This document shows, one piece after another, positions 54,923 through 64,000 of a stretch of 64,000 bases of DNA (positions are counted from its first letter, which is position 1; each line of letters begins with the position of its first letter). The notes under the pieces were generated by a model. It saw only the letters and a list, made by a program, of their open reading frames with translations. It had not been told where the DNA came from and ran no database searches. The position numbers and the translations under genes are program-made. Source of the stretch: an uncultured bacterium (GTDB lineage: Bacteria; Chloroflexota; Limnocylindria; QHBO01); contig CBFGTN010000004.1 in assembly GCA_965652075.1 (NCBI GenBank), positions 6,775-70,774 of the forward strand. The letters run 5' to 3'.

Positions 54923-56949
54923 CCGGGCCTGGGGGTCGCGGTCCGGTCGTCGTCGCCCTCGTCGCGCTGCTCGTCGCCGGCTGTGCCGTCGAGCCGACAC
55001 CCGAGCCCACACCGCGCCCAACGACGTTCCCGGTCGCGGGTCCCGATGCCGGCGCTGCCGTCGCGGCGGCGTTCGTCGAGGCCTGGGGCGCCGGCGACTA
55101 CGAAGCGATGTACGCGGCTCTCGACCCAGGCGTTCAGTCGCGCTATCCGCTCGAGTCGTTCGACGAGCTACACGCGGCGTTCGCCGAGATGGCGGAGGTC
55201 AGCGAGATCAGCGCGACGATCGGGACGCCCGAGACGATCGGCCTGCCCGCGGAGCCCCGGCCCGACCACTTCCCGGCGCCGTCGCCGACCCCCGTCCCGA
55301 CGCCCGACCCATCCGCGTCGGCTGCACCGTCGGGCACGCCGGCACCCTCGCAGCCGCCCGTCGACCCGCAGGCTCCGCTCGAGGGGCCGGTCCCCGCGCT
55401 CTCCGTCCCCCTCGAGCTGTCCGTTGCATCGGAGCGCTTCGGCGACCTCGAGCTCGATCGCGGGCTCGTCCTCGTCCAGGGGCCCGACGGCTGGCTCGTG
55501 CGATGGTCGCCCGAGGTCCTGTTCCCGGAGCTCGGCCCGGAGGGCACTCTCCGGCTCGACCGCGACCTCGGTCGCCGCGGACGCATCCTCGGCGACGGCG
55601 ATGTCGTCTGGGCCCGCAATCGCCAGGACGGTGCGCGGGTCTACCCGCAGGAGGCCCTCGCCGGTCAGGTGATCGGGTACGTGAGCGAGGTCACAGCCGA
55701 GGACCTCGAGACGCTGGAGGCGCGGGGATATCGGGCCGGGGACGTCGTCGGTCGCTCCGGCCTCGAGTACGGGGCGGAGTCGCTGCTGCGCGGCACTCCG
55801 GGCTGGTCGCTGGTGGCGGTGCCGGCCGAGGGCGAGCCATCGGTCCTGTTCGAGACCGAGATGGTGCCGGGCGCGGATGTGACGATCACGATCCGCCCCG
55901 CCGTCCAGCTCGCCGCGCAGGACGCGCTGGCCGCCTATCCCCAGGGCGCCACCGCGGTCGTCGACCCGACCTCGGGCGACGTGTGGGCGCTCGCCAGCCA
56001 GCCGCCGTTCAACCCGAACTCGATGACGATCGGGAGGACGCTTGGGGGCGCGCCGCTGGCACCCGCCGAGGCGGGGCAGACCTTCAACCGCGCGGTGCTC
56101 GGCGCGTACCCCGCGGGCTCCTCGTTCAAGCCGTTCACGCTCCTCGCCGCCCTCCAGACCGGCATCGTCACGCCGTCGAGCTCCCGCCCGTGCCCCCCGA
56201 CCTGGCAGTACGGCAACTTCACGTTCCACAACTACATGGACCACACGCTGCCTGGCTCGGTCGGGCTCGCAGAGTCGATGGCGTTCAGCTGCAACACGAC
56301 GTACATGCCGCTCGCCTACGAGGTCTTCCAGGCGAACGAGACCGCGCTCACCGACCTCCTGAAGGACTTCGGCTTCGGCGCGCCGACCGGGATCACGTAC
56401 CTCGTCGAGGAGACGGGCATCGTGCCGGACGACGCGTGGCTGCGCGAGAACGGCCGAGGTGGGTACTCAGGCTTCGAGCAGGTGCAGCTCGCCATCGGCC
56501 AGGGCGCGTTCCTGGGGACGCCGCTGCAGCTCGCCAACGCGTTCGCGGCGATCGGGAACGGCGGCACACTGTGGACGCCTCGGATCGTGACGAAGGCGGC
56601 CCTGCGCGACGGCACCCGGCTGCTCGAGGTCCATCGCTCGGTGGCACATCGCATCGCGGTCGATGCGAGCGACTTCGCGTTCGTGACCGATACGCTGCAG
56701 GCCGTCGTGACGCTGCCCTACGGCACCGGCACCGCGGCCTTCGCGGGGTTCGGCATCCCGGTGGCGGGCAAGTCGGGGACGGCCGAGTCCGGCACGCCGG
56801 ACCCGCACGCGTGGTTCCCCGCCTACGCCCCAGCCGACGACCCGACGATCAGCGTCGCGACCGTGCTTCCGAACATCCCGCTCGGCACCGGCGGATCGGA
56901 CGCGGCTCCGCTCGTGCGCCGCGTCATGGCCGCGTACTTCGCGAGCTAG
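54919..56949 (+). CDS. Lipoprotein penicillin-binding protein (class B-like transpeptidase with an NTF2-like N-terminal domain)
   Basis: Lipobox LVAGC, a PT linker, and the transpeptidase motifs SSFKP (SxxK), SCN (SxN) and KSGTA (KTG). ATGA overlap with the PIG-L gene. Confidence 0.85.
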   Translation: MTGPGGRGPVVVALVALLVAGCAVEPTPEPTPRPTTFPVAGPDAGAAVAAAFVEAWGAGDYEAMYAALDPGVQSRYPLESFDELHAAFAEMAEVSEISATIGTPETIGLPAEPRPDHFPAPSPTPVPTPDPSASAAPSGTPAPSQPPVDPQAPLEGPVPALSVPLELSVASERFGDLELDRGLVLVQGPDGWLVRWSPEVLFPELGPEGTLRLDRDLGRRGRILGDGDVVWARNRQDGARVYPQEALAGQVIGYVSEVTAEDLETLEARGYRAGDVVGRSGLEYGAESLLRGTPGWSLVAVPAEGEPSVLFETEMVPGADVTITIRPAVQLAAQDALAAYPQGATAVVDPTSGDVWALASQPPFNPNSMTIGRTLGGAPLAPAEAGQTFNRAVLGAYPAGSSFKPFTLLAALQTGIVTPSSSRPCPPTWQYGNFTFHNYMDHTLPGSVGLAESMAFSCNTTYMPLAYEVFQANETALTDLLKDFGFGAPTGITYLVEETGIVPDDAWLRENGRGGYSGFEQVQLAIGQGAFLGTPLQLANAFAAIGNGGTLWTPRIVTKAALRDGTRLLEVHRSVAHRIAVDASDFAFVTDTLQAVVTLPYGTGTAAFAGFGIPVAGKSGTAESGTPDPHAWFPAYAPADDPTISVATVLPNIPLGTGGSDAAPLVRRVMAAYFAS

Positions 56950-56969
56950 TCGGCCGTCCTTGCAGCACG

Positions 56970-56999
56970 CACGACCGAACGGGTAGCATCGATCTTGCC
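56970..56999 (+). promoter_or_regulatory. Putative housekeeping-sigma promoter (TTGCAG-N18-TAGCAT) upstream of the flavoprotein/cytochrome bc operon
   Basis: Read directly from the sequence, about 55 nt upstream of the GTG at 57053. Hexamer-only evidence. Confidence 0.3.
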
Positions 57000-57052
57000 G
57001 CTCCTGTCAGCCTGATGGTCTAACGCCGCCCGGAGAGAGCGACGACGACACC

Positions 57053-59026
57053 GTGATCAGCGATACCGCGATTCCACTGAGGTTCCAGACCGCCGAGGTC
57101 GGTGTCGACTGGCTTCAGTGCAACATCGAGTGCCAGGAAGGCTGCCCGGTCAACACGAACTGCCGCGGCTACCTGATGCTTGCCGCCGAGGGGCGCTTCG
57201 AGGAGGGGTACATCCTCGCCCGCGACCCGAACCCGGTGGCCGCGATCTGCGGCTATGTCTGCTCCGCGCCCTGCGAGAAGGCCTGCCGCCGCGCGGACAT
57301 CGACAAGCCGCTCGCGATCCGCGCGATGAAGCGCTTCCTCGTCGACTGGCACTACGGCAACAACATGCCAGACAACGTCGTCGTCGCCCCGCCGACCGGC
57401 CGCAGCGTGGCCGTCATCGGCGCCGGTCCCGCCGGCCTCGCCGCGGCCAAGGAGCTCGGAGGCTGGGGCCACGAGGTGCACGTCTACGAGGCGCTCCCCT
57501 CCGGCGGCGGCACGACCCTCATCGGGGTCCCCGCCTTCCGCCTGCCGCGCGACGTCATCGAGCTCGACGTCAACTGGGTCGCCAAGCACGGGGTGCAGTT
57601 CCACTACAACGTCGAGATCGGCCGCGACGTGACGCTCCAGGAGCTGCGCGACCGGCACGATGCCGTCGTCGTCGCCACGGGCTGCATGTACCCGGTCGCG
57701 ATGAACGTCCCTGGCGAGGAGCTCGAGGGCGTGATCTACGGCGTCGACTTCCTGAAGCGCGCGAACCTCGGGCAGCCTCAATGGGTGGGCGAGCACGTCG
57801 TCGTCATCGGCGGCGGCTACACCGCCATGGACTCGAGCCGAACGGCGCTCCGGCTGGGCGCCAAGACCTCGACGATCATCTACCGCCGCGGCCCGGAGGA
57901 GATGGTCGTGGACGAGGAGGAGCAGCACGAGACGCGCTTCGAGGGCGTGAAGTTCGAGTACTTCGCCTCGCCGGTGGAGGTCACCTCCGGTCCGGACGGC
58001 AGGGTGACCGGGATGGTCTTCCAGCGCACGCGCCTGGGCCCGCCGGACGCGAGCGGGCGGCGCAGCGCCGAGCCGATCCCCGGCAGCGAGTTCACCGTCC
58101 CCTGCGACATGGTCATCCCCTGCACGAGCCAGGCGTCGGACAACAACGTGCTGGGCGAGTTCGGCGCGGCACTGAACCGTCACGTCGGCGTGACCGACAC
58201 GCGCACGGTCGTCGAGGGCGGGTCGCTGTCATCGTGGCGAACGCCGCCGCTGAACGGATCCACCCCGCGCGACGCCAGCGGCGGCTCGCTCAACGCCCTG
58301 CCGTTCGAGTTCAACCGCGGCAACGTCGTCATCAACGCGGACAGCTTCGGCACGACCGTCGACGGCGTGTTCGCGGTCGGCGACTTCGTCACCGGCCCGG
58401 CGACGATCATCGAGGCGGCCGGGCTCGGGCGGCGGGCCGCGCGGGCCGTCGACCGCTGGCTGGCCGGCGTGCGCGGTGAGGAGCTCGAGGAGCTGCCGGT
58501 GATCAACCGCGCGGTCATCACCCAGAGCCTCGACCACGACATGCCACGCTTCTACGAGGCGACCCGGCGCCAGGAGATCCCGATGGCGCCGCCGGAGCTG
58601 CGCCGGGACTTCACCGGACTCGTCGAGGTCGGCTACGACACGCGCGGAGCGATCGCCGAGGGCACGCGCTGCCTGCAGTGCAACCACAACATCAACATCG
58701 ACGGGCCCCGCTGTATCCTGTGCGGGCTCTGCGCCGACGTCTGCCCCGAGGGCGTGATCTACATGGTCGACAAGGCGCAGGTCGGCGGCGACGACCCGGA
58801 GCAGGACTTCTTCAAGGCGTGGCCGCGCGGAATCGCGATGATCATCGACGAGGAGCGCTGCATCCGCTGCAACCTCTGCGTCGAGCGGTGCCCGACCAAC
58901 TGCATCACGATGGACCGCCTGGAGCTCGAGCGGTTCACGCCTGATGGGAAGGTGCTCTTGGAAAGCTACAAGGACAACGTCCTGGGACAGGTCGGCCAGC
59001 AGGCCGGAATGGCGGTCGATCGATGA
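57053..59026 (+). CDS. GltD/NfnB-like FAD/NAD(P)H oxidoreductase with an N-terminal 2x[4Fe-4S] domain and a C-terminal 2x[4Fe-4S] ferredoxin domain
   Basis: N-terminal Cys clusters (CNIECQEGCPVNTNCRGY, CGYVCSAPCEKAC). Two Rossmann motifs (VAVIGAGPAGLAAA and VVIGGGYTAMD). C-terminal ferredoxin motifs CLQCNHNINIDGPRCILCGLCADVCP and CIRCNLCVERCP. ATGA overlap with cytochrome b6. Confidence 0.8.
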   Translation: MISDTAIPLRFQTAEVGVDWLQCNIECQEGCPVNTNCRGYLMLAAEGRFEEGYILARDPNPVAAICGYVCSAPCEKACRRADIDKPLAIRAMKRFLVDWHYGNNMPDNVVVAPPTGRSVAVIGAGPAGLAAAKELGGWGHEVHVYEALPSGGGTTLIGVPAFRLPRDVIELDVNWVAKHGVQFHYNVEIGRDVTLQELRDRHDAVVVATGCMYPVAMNVPGEELEGVIYGVDFLKRANLGQPQWVGEHVVVIGGGYTAMDSSRTALRLGAKTSTIIYRRGPEEMVVDEEEQHETRFEGVKFEYFASPVEVTSGPDGRVTGMVFQRTRLGPPDASGRRSAEPIPGSEFTVPCDMVIPCTSQASDNNVLGEFGAALNRHVGVTDTRTVVEGGSLSSWRTPPLNGSTPRDASGGSLNALPFEFNRGNVVINADSFGTTVDGVFAVGDFVTGPATIIEAAGLGRRAARAVDRWLAGVRGEELEELPVINRAVITQSLDHDMPRFYEATRRQEIPMAPPELRRDFTGLVEVGYDTRGAIAEGTRCLQCNHNINIDGPRCILCGLCADVCPEGVIYMVDKAQVGGDDPEQDFFKAWPRGIAMIIDEERCIRCNLCVERCPTNCITMDRLELERFTPDGKVLLESYKDNVLGQVGQQAGMAVDR

Positions 59027-59757
59027 GCAACGGAGACCGCAACCCGATCGTCCGCGCCGTCACCGAGTCGTCGCTGTGGCGCAGCCTTTTCCGTCAGCCG
59101 TACCCGACCACCAGCCGCACGCGGGCGCTGGCGGTGATGAACAACGTCTTCCTCCACCTCCACCCGGTCCGGGTGAAGCGCCACGCGGTGCGCTACACCT
59201 ACACGTTCTGCCTGGGCGGGATCAGCTTCTTCCTGTTCCTGGCGCTGACCGTGACCGGCCTGTACCTGATGTTCTTCTACGTCCCGTCGGTGAGCCGCGC
59301 CTACCAGGACATCCAGTCCATCGAGGCGGCGGTCGCGTTCGGCAGCTTCACGCGCAACATGCATCGCTGGGCGGCGCACCTCATGGTGCTGACCGTCTTC
59401 CTGCACATGATCCGGGTCTTCTATCACGGCGCCTACAAGCCGCCGCGTGAGTTCAACTGGGTCGTCGGCGTGATCCTGCTCTTCTGCACCCTGTGGCTGA
59501 GCTTCACGGGCTACCTGCTGCCGTGGGACCAGATCGCGTTCTGGGCCATCACCGTCGGCACCCAGATGGCGCAGTACGCACCGATCCTCGGCCCGGAGAC
59601 CGGCTTCTTCCTGCTCGGCGGCATCCAGGTCGGCGGCGACACGCTCCTGCGCTTCTATGTCATGCACGTGATCGCGTTCCCGCTCATCACCGCGATCTTC
59701 CTGATCGTCCACTTCTGGCGGATCCGGAAGGACGGCGGGATCAGCGGGCCGGTGTAG
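59023..59757 (+). CDS. Cytochrome b6-type subunit (N-terminal half of a split cytochrome b)
   Basis: 244 aa with four TM helices and the haem-ligand His pairs (HRWAAHLMVLTVFLHMIRVF, then YVMHVIAFPLITAIFLIVH). It ends before the cytochrome b C-terminal helices. Confidence 0.9.
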   Translation: MSNGDRNPIVRAVTESSLWRSLFRQPYPTTSRTRALAVMNNVFLHLHPVRVKRHAVRYTYTFCLGGISFFLFLALTVTGLYLMFFYVPSVSRAYQDIQSIEAAVAFGSFTRNMHRWAAHLMVLTVFLHMIRVFYHGAYKPPREFNWVVGVILLFCTLWLSFTGYLLPWDQIAFWAITVGTQMAQYAPILGPETGFFLLGGIQVGGDTLLRFYVMHVIAFPLITAIFLIVHFWRIRKDGGISGPV

Positions 59758-59773
59758 CCTTGGTGATGGACCG

Positions 59774-60391
59774 ATGACGATCGAGAAGCGGCCGAACGCC
59801 ACCGCCGACAAGAACGCCCCGACCCAGGCGCCGGAGCGCGCGCCGATCGTGGCGCCCGGCACCGGGCCGAAGCTGCCCGGGCCGCCCGGAGTCCCGGGCA
59901 CGGAGCGGTTCCGGCTCCTCGCCTACGTCAAGCAGGAGTCGATGGTCCGCGTCGACAAGCGGCCGGACGAGACCGTCCTGACCTGGCCGCACCTGCTGCG
60001 CGCCGAGTTCGTGATGATGTCACTGATCCTCGTCCTGCTCGTCGTGACCGCGATCTTCATCCAGGCCCCGCTCGAGGAGATGGCGAACCCGGCCGTCACG
60101 CCGCACGTCGCGAAGGCCCCGTGGTACTTCCTGGGCCTGCAGGAGATCCTCAGCTACTTCAACGCCACCGTCGCCGGCGTCGTCGTGCCCACGTTCTACC
60201 TGCTCGGCCTGGCCGCGATCCCGTACATCGACCGCTCGCCGTACAAGGCGGCCCGTGACCGCAAGCTCATGTGGGTCTTCTTCCTCTGCCTGATGATCGG
60301 CGGCCTGCTCGTCACCTTCATCGGCTCCTTCTTCCGCGGGCCCGGCTGGAACTGGGTCTGGCCGTGGGACGGGCTGTTCTTCAACCTATGA
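59774..60391 (+). CDS. Cytochrome b C-terminal portion (b6f subunit IV-like)
   Basis: PEWY-type Qo motif KAPWYFLGLQE with three TM helices. ATGA overlap with the Rieske gene. Confidence 0.85.
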   Translation: MTIEKRPNATADKNAPTQAPERAPIVAPGTGPKLPGPPGVPGTERFRLLAYVKQESMVRVDKRPDETVLTWPHLLRAEFVMMSLILVLLVVTAIFIQAPLEEMANPAVTPHVAKAPWYFLGLQEILSYFNATVAGVVVPTFYLLGLAAIPYIDRSPYKAARDRKLMWVFFLCLMIGGLLVTFIGSFFRGPGWNWVWPWDGLFFNL

Positions 60392-61044
60392 CCCAGCAGA
60401 CGTCATACGGCGAGGTCACCGGGCCGCCGACCGGCGAGATGAGCCGGCGGACGTTCATGCGCCGCATGCTCGGCGTCGGCGTCGGGATCATGTCGCTCGA
60501 GTTCCTGGGCGCGACGCTCGCGTTCCTGTGGCCGAACCTCACCGAGGGCCTCGGGGCAGCGATCACGATCGGCACGCCTGCCGACGTCACCGCGCTCGAG
60601 CCCAGATGGGCCGAGGGCGTCCCGTTCATCTACACCCGCGCGAACCTCTTCTTCATCAACGTCCCCGCCGGAAAGGAGCTCGTCGACACGGAGGGGAACG
60701 TCGGCACGCCGGTCGATGACCCGGGTGGGGACGTGGACGAGGACCTGCCGCTGGCGGATCGGTCCGTCCTCGCCCTCTGGCGGAAGTGCCCGCACCTCGG
60801 CTGCCAGGTCCCGCAGCTGTGCGACGTGAGCTTCTGGTTCGAGTGCCTCTGCCACGGCTCGAAGTACACGATCCTCGGCGAGAAGCGGGACGGCCCGGCG
60901 CCGCGTGGCATGGACCACTTCCCGGTCAGCGTCGAGGGCGGCGCGTACGTCATCAACACCGCCGAGGTCGTCTCCGGGCCGCCACCCGGCACGGTCACGT
61001 TCGACTCGCGAACGGCGACCGACATGGCGCACTGCACGGGCTAG
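60388..61044 (+). CDS. Rieske [2Fe-2S] iron-sulfur protein with a Tat signal
   Basis: Twin-arginine motif SRRTFMRRM and a TM anchor. Rieske boxes CPHLGC and CLCHGS. Confidence 0.9.
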   Translation: MTQQTSYGEVTGPPTGEMSRRTFMRRMLGVGVGIMSLEFLGATLAFLWPNLTEGLGAAITIGTPADVTALEPRWAEGVPFIYTRANLFFINVPAGKELVDTEGNVGTPVDDPGGDVDEDLPLADRSVLALWRKCPHLGCQVPQLCDVSFWFECLCHGSKYTILGEKRDGPAPRGMDHFPVSVEGGAYVINTAEVVSGPPPGTVTFDSRTATDMAHCTG

Positions 61045-61047
61045 CCG

Positions 61048-61866
61048 ATGCGCCTGAAGTCGCTCGGCGTCATCATCACGACCCTGCTCGCCGCCGTCAC
61101 CATGCTGTACTGGTTCACCGACGGCATGCGCCGCGAATCCCTCGCCGCGCAGCACGAGGAGGAGCTCGCGCACTACGGCGAGGTGATCTTCAGCGACGAC
61201 GAGACCGAGCCGGCCGCCGCGGGATGCGCGCGCTGCCACGGTGACGACGGGACCGGCGGCGAGATCCCGAACGACCCTGACGGCCGGCGCGCTCCCTCGC
61301 TGCACACCGCCAGCCTGGCGAACAAGCTGCGCGTGAACCCCGAGTACGTCCGCCTCGTCGTGAGCTACGGCGGCGTCGTCGTCTCCGGCAACGTGAACTC
61401 GCCGATGCCCGCCTGGAGCAGCGAGGTCGGCGGCCCGCTGAACGTCCAGCAGATCGACGCCGTCGTGCAGCTCGTCGAGGGCTGGGCCGTGGAGGCTGGG
61501 GAAGAGGCGCCGGCGGAGGTCGAGGACACGCCCGAGGCCGGCCAGGAGGTCTTCAACTCGGCGGGCTGCGCCGGCTGCCATGGCCCCGACCTCATGGGCA
61601 GCACTTCCGGGCCGGACATCTCGACGATCGGCGACGGCCCGATCATCGACTTCGGCGGCGACTTCCTCACGCCGTCGGATACCGACCAGATGCTCGCCGA
61701 TTTCGAGGAGGACCCACGCCTCTTCCTCGAGAACTGGATCCGCGACTCGTCGGGGAACTACAACGGCGGCGAGGCCACTGGGATGCCGGCGCATGACGAG
61801 GAGGCGATCAACGAGAGCCAGATGCGGGCGCTGATCACCTTCCTGCTGACCCAGACCGGCGAGTGA
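61048..61866 (+). CDS. Membrane-anchored dihaem c-type cytochrome
   Basis: N-terminal TM helix, two CxxCH sites (CARCH, CAGCH) each followed by a Met-containing segment. It starts 4 nt after the Rieske stop. Confidence 0.85.
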   Translation: MRLKSLGVIITTLLAAVTMLYWFTDGMRRESLAAQHEEELAHYGEVIFSDDETEPAAAGCARCHGDDGTGGEIPNDPDGRRAPSLHTASLANKLRVNPEYVRLVVSYGGVVVSGNVNSPMPAWSSEVGGPLNVQQIDAVVQLVEGWAVEAGEEAPAEVEDTPEAGQEVFNSAGCAGCHGPDLMGSTSGPDISTIGDGPIIDFGGDFLTPSDTDQMLADFEEDPRLFLENWIRDSSGNYNGGEATGMPAHDEEAINESQMRALITFLLTQTGE

Positions 61867-61876
61867 GGGTCGACCG

Positions 61877-62470
61877 ATGAGCGCTGGCACGTACCCCGTC
61901 TACCGGCGTCGCGGCGGCTTCGGCCGCCTGCTGTCGTGGGCCGACGACTTCATGAACTGGTTCCTGTACGGCCACGAGACCTGGCTCGTCGCCGTGCTCA
62001 AGGGCGTGCCGCTCTTCCTGTTCATCTACTTCCTGATGACGTACGTGCCGAACTACGTCTACTACCTGATCACCGTCGAGCTGCCGTTCCTGCGACTGAG
62101 CGACGACCTCGGCTTCCTCATCGCCAACGGCGTGGCCGGTGGCAACTTCGCGCTCATCGTCATCCTCGCCATCGGGGTGCAGGCGGCACGCGGCCGGCGC
62201 GGGTTCGGCTGGTCGGCGATCCGGATCTTCGTCGGCCTGAACTACGTGATGGTCGTCCTGCTCCTCATCCCGCTCCTGGCGTTCAACCTGGCCGGCGGCT
62301 CCTTCTGGCCGGTGCGGATCCCCCTGCAGTCGGTCGCCTTCGGCGTGGTCGTGGCGGGAATGGGTGCCGCCGCCCTCGTGTACCTGTACTTCGAGTACAA
62401 CCGCATCACCCGGCGCGAGGCCGAGGCTGCCGCCCGCCTTGGCAGCTCGGGCCCGCCGGCCATCCGCTGA
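61877..62470 (+). CDS. Hypothetical polytopic membrane protein co-transcribed with the bc-type complex (possible accessory subunit)
   Basis: 197 aa with about 4 TM helices. It starts 11 nt after the cytochrome c stop. Confidence 0.5.
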   Translation: MSAGTYPVYRRRGGFGRLLSWADDFMNWFLYGHETWLVAVLKGVPLFLFIYFLMTYVPNYVYYLITVELPFLRLSDDLGFLIANGVAGGNFALIVILAIGVQAARGRRGFGWSAIRIFVGLNYVMVVLLLIPLLAFNLAGGSFWPVRIPLQSVAFGVVVAGMGAAALVYLYFEYNRITRREAEAAARLGSSGPPAIR

Positions 62471-62815
62471 GCCGTTCGCGCCTCGCGCACCTGGCCTGGT
62501 CGGCGCTCGTCATCGGCGTCGCCGCGCTCTTCATCGGCCTCGAGCTCTCCGCCGCCTGCCCTCCCGGTGGCCCGCTCGCCTTCGGCGACTGCGCCGAGGT
62601 GCGGCCATTCCTCGTCGGGGTCGTCGCCCTGGCGGCCGTGATCTACGTGGCAGGCTTGAGCGCGGTGCGCTGGTGGACCGGCGGCCTTCGTGGGCGAGGC
62701 GTCGCCGACGCGCGCGCCAGCCGCGACTGGTATCTGCTCGCCGCCGCACTCGGCCTGCTCATCGCGCCACTGCTGGCATTCACCCTGCTCTCGGCCCTTC
62801 GGTAGGATGGGACCG

Positions 62816-64000
62816 ATGAGCATCGCAACCGACACGGACCTTCGCGAGCGCCTGTCCGGCGTCGCCGACATCGGGCCAGCTGGGCTCGCGGTCCACGACG
62901 AGGCGGCCCTCCGCGGTCCGCTCATGGACGACCTCGCCTTCGAGGCGGTCTTCAACGCCGATGCCGCGATGCGCGAGGCGGCGCGCTGGGTCATCTGGAG
63001 CGCCTCGCAGGCGCTCGGCTGCGGGTCGGCCTCGATCCACGAGCTCTACCGCGCCCGCGGGCGCGGGGAGGTGCCCGCAACCGGATTCACGGTTCCGGCC
63101 ATCAACGTTCGCGCCGCCGCGTACCTGACCGCGCGTCAGGCGTTCGCCGCGGCCCTCGAACGCGACGCGGGTGCGGTGATCTTCGAGATCGCCAAGAGCG
63201 AGATGGCCTACACCGACCAGCGCCCGGCCGAGTACACGGCGGTCATCCTGGCCGCCGCGCTCCGCAGCGGCTGGCGCGCTCCGGTCTTCCTCCAGGGCGA
63301 CCACTTCCAGTTCAACGCCACGAAATGGGGATCGGACCCGACCGCCGAGATGGAGGGGCTGCGCGACCTGACGCGCGAGGCGATCGGGGCGGGCTTCCTG
63401 AACATCGACATCGACTCGTCGACGCTCGTCGACCTCTCCCGGGAGACGGTCGATCAGCAGCAGCGCGTGAACGCCGAGAACACCGCCGAGCTCACGCGCC
63501 TCGTCCGCTCCCTCCAGCCCGATGGCGTGACGGTCAGCGTCGGCGGTGAGATCGGCGAGGTCGGGAAGTCGAACTCGACGGAAGGTGAGCTGCGCGCGTA
63601 CCTCGACGGCTACCTCGGCATCCTCGGCGATGGGGTTGAGCCGGTGAGCAAGGTCAGCGTCCAGACCGGGACGAGCCACGGCGGCGTCGTCCTTCCCGAT
63701 GGCAGCGTCGCCGAGGTGAGCATCGACTTCGACACGCTCCAGCGCCTCTCGACGGTGGCGCGCGACGAGTACGGCATGGCCGGATGCGTCCAGCACGGCG
63801 CATCAACGCTGCCCGAGGACGCATTCCACCGCTTCCCGGAAGTCGGCACTGCCGAGATCCACCTCGCCACGGGATTCCAGAACATCGTCTACGACGGCGG
63901 CGGACTGCCCGAGGAGCTGCGATCGGAGATGCTCGCGTGGTGCGCGGCGAACTGCGACGCGGAGCGTAAGCACGACGAGACCGAGGAGCAGTTCCTGTAC
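62816..64000 (+). CDS. Class II fructose-bisphosphate aldolase family protein, 3'-truncated by the window edge
   Basis: Hand translation (not in the track because no stop lies within the window): MSIATDTDLRERL...PAINVRAAAYL...FLQGDHFQF...VSVGGEIGEVG...QTGTSHGGV...VQHGASTLPED. This matches the class II FBA zinc/His motif layout. Confidence 0.65.
   Translation, partial: MSIATDTDLRERLSGVADIGPAGLAVHDEAALRGPLMDDLAFEAVFNADAAMREAARWVIWSASQALGCGSASIHELYRARGRGEVPATGFTVPAINVRAAAYLTARQAFAAALERDAGAVIFEIAKSEMAYTDQRPAEYTAVILAAALRSGWRAPVFLQGDHFQFNATKWGSDPTAEMEGLRDLTREAIGAGFLNIDIDSSTLVDLSRETVDQQQRVNAENTAELTRLVRSLQPDGVTVSVGGEIGEVGKSNSTEGELRAYLDGYLGILGDGVEPVSKVSVQTGTSHGGVVLPDGSVAEVSIDFDTLQRLSTVARDEYGMAGCVQHGASTLPEDAFHRFPEVGTAEIHLATGFQNIVYDGGGLPEELRSEMLAWCAANCDAERKHDETEEQFLY

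Overview
This is a gene-dense, very high-GC (about 70%+) chromosomal window with actinobacterial-type content: mycothiol-type LmbE/PIG-L, an LCP protein, a PASTA Ser/Thr kinase, MprAB-PepD-like genes, Ku, and PT/PS-rich linkers. I call about 60 protein genes, two tRNAs (Thr-CGT, Glu-TTC), one TPP riboswitch, a few putative operator/promoter elements and coding low-complexity repeats. Everything is inferred by eye from translation, motif spacing and gene context; no database searches were run.

Main blocks:
- An ABC-2 exporter with a MarR-like regulator.
- A minus-strand operon of an acyl-AMP-ligase–ACP–PlsC fusion, a Cys/Thr proline-racemase-family enzyme and a SARP–BMP fusion regulator.
- A folC-folP-folB operon preceded by a tightly coupled cysteine-rich ORF.
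- galU, which has no canonical start codon before its conserved N-terminus.
- An MprA/MprB/HtrA-like stress module.
- A DNA-end repair neighbourhood: a LigB-like ATP ligase, Ku followed by a catalytically degenerate ligase-domain protein, a WYL regulator, and a hook-less, membrane-hairpin SbcC/SbcD (YhaN/YhaO-like) pair coupled to cell-envelope genes.
- A TPP-riboswitch-controlled thiN plus ECF transporter operon.
- A Rieske / split cytochrome b6 / subunit IV / dihaem cytochrome c complex, translationally coupled to an upstream GltD-like flavoprotein with four predicted [4Fe-4S] sites. This is the most unusual system in the window.

Many long R/G/A/P-rich ORFs in the six-frame track are antisense or GC artefacts and were rejected.
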